Made by a program: the position numbers and the translations under genes. The notes below the pieces were generated by a model. That model was not told the origin of the DNA, searched no databases, and saw only the letters and a program-made list of their open reading frames with translations. A DNA stretch of 64,000 nt from a virus (lineage: Duplodnaviria; Caudoviricetes). The DNA lies in IMG/VR virus record IMGVR_UViG_2974707348_000001, positions 32,001 through 96,000 of that record; one strand, 5' to 3'. Below are positions 57,301 to 64,000 of the stretch, in pieces (positions within the stretch are counted from its first letter, which is position 1; each line of letters opens with the position of its first letter).

Positions 57301-60300
57301 GTCGTGAAACTGTCAGTGCCGTCTGCGCTATAAGAGTATGCAGTATGAGTATATGCTTTATTTCTATCAATAATAACTGGCAAGATTTGTTCGTCAATTA
57401 AATTGAGTGTACCTCCTGCAAGATAAAATTGTAATTTTACATGTGTTATATCATTATCGAATGGTTTATATGTTACTATAGATTCATCGGAAGATGAAGT
57501 GTATTTAAGAAAATAATTCAACCCACCGTCTTTTGATTCATAAACTTTATATCGACCTCGATACTCAGTTGTATCACCACCTACTAACTCTTGATTTCCT
57601 AGTACAGTTATTGGTGTATTGACCCATTCGTCATAAGGTGTTTTTCGTAAAGAATCAGAAGTCAACATCCAACGATTTATGTTTCCTGATGTATCTTTAT
57701 ATTTCTTTACTTTAAACTCTTTTTTCAGAGTTTCTTTTCCTTGGGTTGCAACTATAACTATTGTCTCAAAGTCTGTTTTTGTTGATAAAACTTTTACTGT
57801 ATTTTTTGAAACTGTATAAACTACATTATTGTTTCTCTCAACAGAGAAAGTCCAATTACTTGTATCTAAGACACCATCTCTATATACATTCATTTCTGTC
57901 GAAGCATAATCATAATTTCCTGATGAACCGTTAGGGTCTGTGAAGATTGTAATGAAGTCATTTGATAAAGTTGAAACTATAGTTCCTTTTAGGGGAGTTA
58001 TATCATCATGTGTAACAAGATTAGAATCAGCTCCGATTGTGACCTTCTTATTAAGTTTTATTTCACCTGTATTAAGGTTGATGATGATTCCATCATCTTT
58101 TCCTTTAATAACACCTGCATTCATTACTAAGTCAGCGTTGAACTCTGTTTTACTATTAATCTCTAATAGTTTACCATCAATCTTAACACCTTCCTCAGAA
58201 AGATTTAATGCAGTAACAACATTATCGTTTTTGACATAATTCAAAGAAATCCCAGTTTCAAGAGTTTTTATTTCAGATTTAGTATAATCAAATGATATAA
58301 TTGATTCTAACGCTTGTTTCTTTTTATCATAGTTGATAAATTTCTCTTTAAATACTTCTGGGTCAATTGTTGTTGTTTTTGTTATATTAGCATCATTTAA
58401 GATAGAATAACCATCTGATTGTTGTGTTTGGTTCAAATATTTATTCAAATCTTCATATGCTGTAACATACTCATTATACTCGTCAGGATAAGGATTTTCC
58501 TTAGTCGGCTTCCCTCTTCCTTTCATGAATGAGGAAATCATAGAACTGTGTATATCTGTGATTTTAGTCCATTGATTCTTTAATTGTTTCTTTTCATACT
58601 CATTGATTAAATTATCATTCGCAATCTCATCATAAGTAAGTAACAATTTATTCCATGATTCGATAACGTTCTTAGGGTTTCCCTCATGACCACTCATGAT
58701 TTTAATTGAATCCATGTTGACTGTCAGACCAGTATTGTCAATTACAAAGCTACCTGAATCGTTTGTAATAATAAGATTGTTACCTGCTAAAATTTTACCG
58801 ATAAGTGTTTCAGCAATAACTCCATTAGGTGTAATTGATGTATTCCATGTCTTACCATTATCTTTAGAAAGAGCTACGACACCTGATTGAATAATAATTA
58901 CTTCATTTGGAAAATCTGGGTTACGAACCATCATACCATGATTATCAAGAGTAATTGATTCATTTGCACCAGCGACAATACGATTATCAACCGCTTTAAT
59001 TTCTTTATCTCTCCAAGCCGTAACTTCATCTTTAACTTCTACAATATTGTTCCATTTGTATTTGTTATTTTCTAATATTGAAGACGACGACTCTGCTTGA
59101 TAAATAATTGTTGCTAATCTATCGAGAGCATCAATATCGTCCATGTTATCAGATATTTCAAGTTGGAAATCACCAGAAACTAAATCACCACTATACCCAA
59201 TAATAATTGATGTATATTCTTCTTCTAATTTATTAGATTTAATCTTAACTTCTTCACCGATTTCTAATCTTCCATGATACTTCTTAGATTCAATGGAATT
59301 AATGAACGATGCTAAATCTGTTTTAAATGAGCGTGTTGGTTTTTGATATTTCTCAAATTCTTCTACGGTTGCTTTATATAGTTCTTTTGCATCAATATAT
59401 CTGTCATCTGAGAAATCTTTCTCATAAACAAATAATTTCAACTCTTCAACTAAATCTGCCCTAAAAGAATTTGTTGAGATAATTTCTTGATAACCAACTA
59501 TTGTCTTATTCCAAACTTCAATAGTTTTATTTATAGAATCAATTTCTGAACTTTTGTCATCAACTTGTTTTTGTTTTGCAATGATTTCAGACTCTCTTTG
59601 AGCAGTCAAAGATTTATTGTTTGTTGACTTTGCAGTATCTAACAGAGCTTGTAGGGTAATCATTTCTCCATCGAGGTCATCTTTTTCAGACATTTTTTTC
59701 GTTAAATCAACATATCCTTGATTGATTAATTTTTGTAGATTATCAATTTTTGGATTATAGACTTTTTGTAATTCCATTAAATCCAATAGAGCATGAGCTA
59801 AATCATCCGACATATAGTTTGAATGATGTAATACATTTTTATGTTCATCACGCTTAAATGGTTGTATGAAATATGAAAAATCTTCAATATATCGCATACC
59901 AGTTGGATTTGCTGATGAAATATCTAAATCTTCATTCCCTTTCGCATACATTCTTGTGACTATTTCTTCTGATGTCGATGAGATATCTATAGAATTTGCA
60001 TAGTTTTCACGTTTAAGAACAACACCACGAAACACTCTTAATTCATCAATTGTTAAAAGATTTAATGTTCGTGTTTCTCCATCGAAATCTGTTATTGCTC
60101 CATAGGCTTCAATACCACTTTGAATAGCTTCATATCTTGTTTGCTTATCCTGTTCTGAAAATGTTCTGTATGTATTTTTTAATTTATTTGAAATGTGCCC
60201 TAGTTTCCAAGGTGACTGTTCAAGAGTTTTTTTGAAATATTCTTCTGCTCCAACCCCTGTTCCATCTATCGTAACATTTGTTGTTCGAAGTTCACTCTCT

Positions 60301-60668
60301 AAACTATCACAGGATATTTTAGTTGTAATTCCGTCACTTGAATCATTTTTTTCAATGGTTATGATTCTAAACCAATTTACTCTACCTCCATACCACGTTA
60401 ATTTAATAAGTTTCTCTTCTTTGATGCTATCTAAGTCAGGATTTTTGATGTATTCAATTTCATCAGTTACACCTTTATTTTTAGACTCTACCAAATAAGG
60501 TATTTCAAATTCAAAATGTGGGAGTGAGTTTAGTTTAACATCTGATATATTAGCTGTGTTAATATTTGAGATGTTCTGTGTTATGACTTTACTAGGAAGA
60601 GCAAGTTGAACCTTAAATGGTCTCTTACTTCTAGTTAGGTCTAGGTCTAACCCTAAATCTTTCAACAT
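54387..60668 (-). CDS. Tal/host-specificity tail protein with three CBM-like modules and collagen-like repeats
   Basis: N-terminal prophage tail domain, repeated AYS.DGTD.F.TVYPNLNLL...WEEG..ATP modules, GxY repeats. Confidence 0.85.
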   Translation of the reverse strand: MLKDLGLDLDLTRSKRPFKVQLALPSKVITQNISNINTANISDVKLNSLPHFEFEIPYLVESKNKGVTDEIEYIKNPDLDSIKEEKLIKLTWYGGRVNWFRIITIEKNDSSDGITTKISCDSLESELRTTNVTIDGTGVGAEEYFKKTLEQSPWKLGHISNKLKNTYRTFSEQDKQTRYEAIQSGIEAYGAITDFDGETRTLNLLTIDELRVFRGVVLKRENYANSIDISSTSEEIVTRMYAKGNEDLDISSANPTGMRYIEDFSYFIQPFKRDEHKNVLHHSNYMSDDLAHALLDLMELQKVYNPKIDNLQKLINQGYVDLTKKMSEKDDLDGEMITLQALLDTAKSTNNKSLTAQRESEIIAKQKQVDDKSSEIDSINKTIEVWNKTIVGYQEIISTNSFRADLVEELKLFVYEKDFSDDRYIDAKELYKATVEEFEKYQKPTRSFKTDLASFINSIESKKYHGRLEIGEEVKIKSNKLEEEYTSIIIGYSGDLVSGDFQLEISDNMDDIDALDRLATIIYQAESSSSILENNKYKWNNIVEVKDEVTAWRDKEIKAVDNRIVAGANESITLDNHGMMVRNPDFPNEVIIIQSGVVALSKDNGKTWNTSITPNGVIAETLIGKILAGNNLIITNDSGSFVIDNTGLTVNMDSIKIMSGHEGNPKNVIESWNKLLLTYDEIANDNLINEYEKKQLKNQWTKITDIHSSMISSFMKGRGKPTKENPYPDEYNEYVTAYEDLNKYLNQTQQSDGYSILNDANITKTTTIDPEVFKEKFINYDKKKQALESIISFDYTKSEIKTLETGISLNYVKNDNVVTALNLSEEGVKIDGKLLEINSKTEFNADLVMNAGVIKGKDDGIIINLNTGEIKLNKKVTIGADSNLVTHDDITPLKGTIVSTLSNDFITIFTDPNGSSGNYDYASTEMNVYRDGVLDTSNWTFSVERNNNVVYTVSKNTVKVLSTKTDFETIVIVATQGKETLKKEFKVKKYKDTSGNINRWMLTSDSLRKTPYDEWVNTPITVLGNQELVGGDTTEYRGRYKVYESKDGGLNYFLKYTSSSDESIVTYKPFDNDITHVKLQFYLAGGTLNLIDEQILPVIIDRNKAYTHTAYSYSADGTDSFTTVYPNLNLLDGTKDFSGSWLLSENWTNDRTYKGLTVKKRTYQWGGIHKTFTAPKDGTYTFSAYVKSSGNNANIHRFISLNNADYLGAHKELGSDFDWFRDSFTVTLKAGDVISARYEISGSTSDSILWTAGHKWEEGSVATPHMPSKSEVETSDYPSYIGTYSDDKVSDSVKPSDYTWSLMRGNDGKDGATGKDGIAGKDGNGIKNTVITYAISTSGTTAPNTGWTSSVPSLVKGQYLWTKTIWTYTDSSSETGYSVTYIAKDGNNGHDGIAGKDGVGIKTTTITYASHTNGTTPPTTGYTTTVPSVPAGQFLWTKTIWTYTDNSSETGYSVAMMGEKGPKGDQGIQGLQGPDGTQGIPGKPGADGETPYFHTAWAYSSDGTDRFSTVYPNLNLLDKTNQGVVNWDWTLSDGDKSVEEVNVDGIRAVKLIKGTTTANTGWNLIQYAGLLRNLIQPSTQYVLSFDVKPSVDVSFIATLARTEYQKALTDDVTMNKASANQWTKVSCVLTSKETLPDDLSQIVYLRGMSTANGNWLIIKNIKLEPGSVATPHMPSKSEVKTSDYPNYIGQYTNDKKDDSTNPSDYVWSLFKGQDSNAYTAYSWSSDGTDRFSTVYPNLNLLDGTKDFSGDWEYISGYDNDGTYKGLAVKKRTYQWGGIHKTFTAPKSGVYTFSAYVKSSGSTATIYRFVNCWDINGHEKWLALNAFMGNSFDWLRDSFTVNLKTGDTLNPRYEISGAGTDSIVWTAGHKWEEGSTATPWTPSQSESQAQWQDAIPMYVGVGEKDSQNPSDYRWQLNPRYVQASSDSGLSNKAGLDDLESVAETANDALVQAQNAVSNEDYTSWLEHDYQSTIDNLHAVSTQNKEDINNVNDRTTIVEGFYDRMKVKWNFINESFTFSEEGMFISNKQSKMAIQVTSDKIVFWDNNVDVAFITGEVLNIQKGVFLESATIGNHLITKFSNESPVTIIRYVGGIT

Positions 60669-60704
60669 AGTTGTTTACTCCTCTATATATTTCCTTTATA
60701 CTCT

Positions 60705-60782
60705 ATTATACCATAATTATTACATAGGCGCAAGTACAGAATTATATGTATAAAAAAAATAAGATGCCTAAGCATCTTATTT
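60705..60782 (-). promoter_or_regulatory. Terminator after dit and sigmaA promoter for tal
   Basis: AATAAGATGC/GCATCTTATT hairpin; TTGCGC-17-TATAAT with TG extension on - strand. Confidence 0.7.
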
Positions 60783-61541
60783 AATATAGTATGGTTGATA
60801 GGTAATAATAACCTTGAGGTTTTGACTTGCTGGGGCACTAACTGTATTTACCTTTTTCAAAAAACTTAATTTAGATAAATCCCCTACGTAATCTGAATAA
60901 TGATATATATTATCTAAATTACTAGAGATTTCTTCCTCATAGGGATTTATTGTAACAATTTCATTTGCTTTCAAATTATTTATCTGTAGTGTATATCCAT
61001 TTACTGTTATTGAATATGTTCCATCTTTTAATGGATATAAATCAATATTCATCTCTGGATTTATTTTACCATCCAACGTAACACTAATTGAATCATTGTT
61101 TGCTGTCTTTTCAAATGACAAGATATTTCCATACATATATGGAGAGTTAGTTATCATAGAAACAACTATATAACCTCTTCCAGTTCCCGTATGCACTATC
61201 CTAGATTCTCCGTTTGGCATTGCATAGACAAATTTATTTAATCCTTCAAATTGCAATTTACTGTAGTACTCTTTACCATAGAGCCAATCAATTACTTTGT
61301 TGATTAATTCATCTGTGAAATCTTTCTCGAAAGCTAAATTCAATTCAAATGACAAATCTTCATAAGTCACACCATTAAATAATGATTTTCTCACATCTTT
61401 CACCGTTTCTGAATTGACAGTTCGATTTGCAACAAATGCTTCATCAAACATTCCACTATCCATAGAAACGCTTATAATTCCAAATTCGCTAGTATTCTTT
61501 CCGTTGTATGTAAAACTCATCTTATCTTTAATAGTATTCAT
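60777..61541 (-). CDS. Distal tail protein (Dit)
   Basis: FTYNGK...SPYMYG; located between TMP and Tal. Confidence 0.8.
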   Translation of the reverse strand: MNTIKDKMSFTYNGKNTSEFGIISVSMDSGMFDEAFVANRTVNSETVKDVRKSLFNGVTYEDLSFELNLAFEKDFTDELINKVIDWLYGKEYYSKLQFEGLNKFVYAMPNGESRIVHTGTGRGYIVVSMITNSPYMYGNILSFEKTANNDSISVTLDGKINPEMNIDLYPLKDGTYSITVNGYTLQINNLKANEIVTINPYEEEISSNLDNIYHYSDYVGDLSKLSFLKKVNTVSAPASQNLKVIITYQPYYIK

Positions 61542-61592
61542 TTTACCAACTTTCTATAAAAATAATTGAAGGGTGGGTTACACCCTATCCAA

Positions 61593-64000
61593 TTATCTAC
61601 GTGATTTCAACCTATCCATAACTTCGTCTGCAAATCTAACAGCACCTTCTTTGTCTCCACGATAGTTTTCAAAGTTGAATTGCATATCGCCTACAACTAA
61701 GCTATTACCAGTCTTAGAGGCTTGTATTGATTTTATAAAGTCATTGAGTTGATTTTTAGTTTTGTCTACAATTGATACTGTTTTTAAAATATCGCTTGTT
61801 TGATTTTTATTTAAGACCATTTCTTTCTTGTGGAGCATGGCAACTTTGCCTTGATTACCGAACCAATCACCAGTATAACCACCAGTATCAAAGGGAATCA
61901 ACAACTTTCTACCAATTGGAACTCGGTAAGGGTCAATACCACCATTAGCTTTTTGAATCTTAGTCCATTGATAATAATTTCCATAATACTTCTTGGCTAA
62001 ATCCCAAAGTGTATCTCCGTTGACAACTGTGTGTGTTGCTTTTACTCCATTTTGTGTTGCAGGAGTTGCAGGTTGTTCAGGAGGAAGATAAGGGGTTACA
62101 TTCCTGTGTGCTATAAAAGAACTTGTTTCGTTAGTAGTATAATTAGGATTGTTGACATCATTTCCTTTTTGCTGACTTGCATTCAAGTCGTCTAAATTTT
62201 TATTTATACTATTGAGTTCTGTTAATTGGTCTTTTATGCCCAACCAGATATTTGATACATCAGTTAGGTTGTCCCCTACAATTGATTTAATATCATCAGG
62301 ACTCAAGTTTTCTGTTCCCATGATTCCTTTTCCGTCTCCACTCATCAAGTTAGATAGTTCCTCTTGCATATCATTCATCATTTGAGTTAAGACATTTGTA
62401 TCTCCTGCGTTCCATTTGTCTACCGCATTTTTCCATAGGGTATCATCGCTAATTAATTTATTATAATAATCTTGAATTTGTTTAGATTTATCATTGACTT
62501 CACTAACATTATTATCATAATTCGTGTTCTCATTATCTTTATTTTTATTTACTTTGTCAAGCTGTTCTTGTTTTTGTTTATCTAACTGTTCTTTCCAGAG
62601 TGTATCTTGTCTCTCTAATTGAGTATCAGTAATATCTTTATTCAAATCCGTCAGTTGTTTTTGAAGGTCTGATAAAGCCTTTTTACCCTCTAACGAATTA
62701 TCTCTTGAAGCTAAGGATATTTTTTGCATAAAATCTGCACGTTTAGCATTAAAGTCTTCCATCTTCTTAGCATATGTTTCTTCTGCTTTTTCCGAATCAC
62801 GTTCCTTAACTTTTGCATCATAGACTTCATTTATTTTTGAAATCTCATCATCGTATGATTTTATTTTTGCATCATGTGTTGTTTTTAAGTTTGCAAGTTC
62901 TTTTTCGGTAGATTGCTTGCTTAATGTTTGCATTTGTTTATAATAGTTTTTGAGAGAAGATACTTCGTCTTGTGCAACCTTTCCACGAGCATCCGCAACT
63001 GATTTTTGTTCTTTAAGCGTTTCGAGAACTGCACTATTATAATTCTTTTGAGCATTTTCAAGCATTTTCTGCATTTCAATAGCTTGTTTAGATGACGCAC
63101 CATATTTTTCACTTGCATTGTTATATTCAGCTTGATATTTAGCAACTTGATTTTTGTACGTAAGTTCAAGTTTTTGTTGTTGCTCTATCATCTCATATTG
63201 AATCTTAAGCTGTTGACCTACATCATTAGGATTAGTATATTGAAGTTTCTCATTCTGGAAGCTTAATACATCTTTAGCTTTTTGAATAGAACCAATTGTC
63301 TTATCCCAATTATTTCCGATATCAGCAATGTAATCAAGATAAATATTAATGTCGCTTTGTCTGATTTCATTATTAAGGTTTTCAATTTGTGTTTCGAGTT
63401 TCCATATATTTCCTGAATTTGTGTCATATTCTTGCTGTAACTCGTTGTAACGTTTACGTTGAGCTTCTGTGTGTTGATTTGTGTGTCTTAATCCTTCAAG
63501 TTCTCTAGCAACTACATTTTGGCGATTAATCATTGCTTGATACTGAGCTTGTTGTTGATTCAATAAGCTTTTATTTAAGCTTTGAATACCAAGTAATTGA
63601 TTACGATAGGCGACTGTATTCTCAATTAAGCGTTTCAAAACAGCTTCTGATTTGTCAATCCTAGTTTGAGTTTGGTCAATTGTAAGACCCGCTGTATCTC
63701 TATTATAGAGAGCATCTAATGAATTACCAGCACTTTCTCCAAACACAGGAATAAATTCTTGCATTGTCTGAATAGCTGGGGTGATACTAGGAACATAAGT
63801 CCCTGCTCCACCTTCTCCTGAACTACCAGAACCAGATTCGCCTTCACTTCCTGCGAATCCTCCTCCTAGTGCACCCATTCCATTAGTACCTCTTATTCCG
63901 AAGAGACTACCTAGACCAAGTTTTTGAGCTGTTTGTAACCACAAATCAATACCACGGTCTCTACGTTGTGGGATAAGTGGGATGATTGCTTCTTCACCTT
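61593..64000 (-). CDS. Tape measure protein C-terminus with LysM domain (5' end outside window)
   Basis: Long coiled coil; HTVVNGDTLWDLAKKYYG LysM; FDTGGYTG. Confidence 0.85.
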   Translation of the reverse strand, partial: GEEAIIPLIPQRRDRGIDLWLQTAQKLGLGSLFGIRGTNGMGALGGGFAGSEGESGSGSSGEGGAGTYVPSITPAIQTMQEFIPVFGESAGNSLDALYNRDTAGLTIDQTQTRIDKSEAVLKRLIENTVAYRNQLLGIQSLNKSLLNQQQAQYQAMINRQNVVARELEGLRHTNQHTEAQRKRYNELQQEYDTNSGNIWKLETQIENLNNEIRQSDINIYLDYIADIGNNWDKTIGSIQKAKDVLSFQNEKLQYTNPNDVGQQLKIQYEMIEQQQKLELTYKNQVAKYQAEYNNASEKYGASSKQAIEMQKMLENAQKNYNSAVLETLKEQKSVADARGKVAQDEVSSLKNYYKQMQTLSKQSTEKELANLKTTHDAKIKSYDDEISKINEVYDAKVKERDSEKAEETYAKKMEDFNAKRADFMQKISLASRDNSLEGKKALSDLQKQLTDLNKDITDTQLERQDTLWKEQLDKQKQEQLDKVNKNKDNENTNYDNNVSEVNDKSKQIQDYYNKLISDDTLWKNAVDKWNAGDTNVLTQMMNDMQEELSNLMSGDGKGIMGTENLSPDDIKSIVGDNLTDVSNIWLGIKDQLTELNSINKNLDDLNASQQKGNDVNNPNYTTNETSSFIAHRNVTPYLPPEQPATPATQNGVKATHTVVNGDTLWDLAKKYYGNYYQWTKIQKANGGIDPYRVPIGRKLLIPFDTGGYTGDWFGNQGKVAMLHKKEMVLNKNQTSDILKTVSIVDKTKNQLNDFIKSIQASKTGNSLVVGDMQFNFENYRGDKEGAVRFADEVMDRLKSRR

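Noticed and set aside
699-63169. Numerous antisense or nested 60-150-aa ORFs in the track
   Set aside because: They shadow well-supported genes, lack RBSs and oppose the strong strand bias.

Overview
About 64 kb of an AT-rich, large lytic siphophage genome infecting a low-GC Gram-positive host. Gene content suggests a Lactococcus 949/phiL47-like phage (inference, no search run). Bases 1-50.9 kb are on the + strand, driven by more than 20 consensus sigmaA promoters. This part holds small early genes, an orphan DNA methyltransferase, an AAA ATPase and a dense ~3.5 kb RNA island (tRNAs, tmRNA, anticodon-less mini-tRNAs, repeated structured motifs). It continues with a two-subunit type II topoisomerase, class III and class Ib ribonucleotide reductases, TrxB, Gmk, dUTPase, a subtilase and DnaE. 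Five group I introns (topoisomerase B, nrdD, two in nrdE, nrdF) and two inteins (NrdD, DnaE) interrupt these genes. Bases 50.9-64 kb are on the - strand: RuvC, holin, baseplate/receptor-binding proteins, Tal, Dit and the tape-measure C-terminus. The best candidate for an undescribed system is the unit at 14158-15438: promoter, 37-aa membrane peptide, 218-aa coiled-coil protein, then a ~375-nt pseudoknotted ncRNA carrying a 7-nt-periodic repeat array, then a terminator. Also notable are the anticodon-less mini-tRNAs, a recurrent bulged-helix RNA motif and an nrdF intron that apparently ends in A rather than G. All RNA structures were folded by eye.
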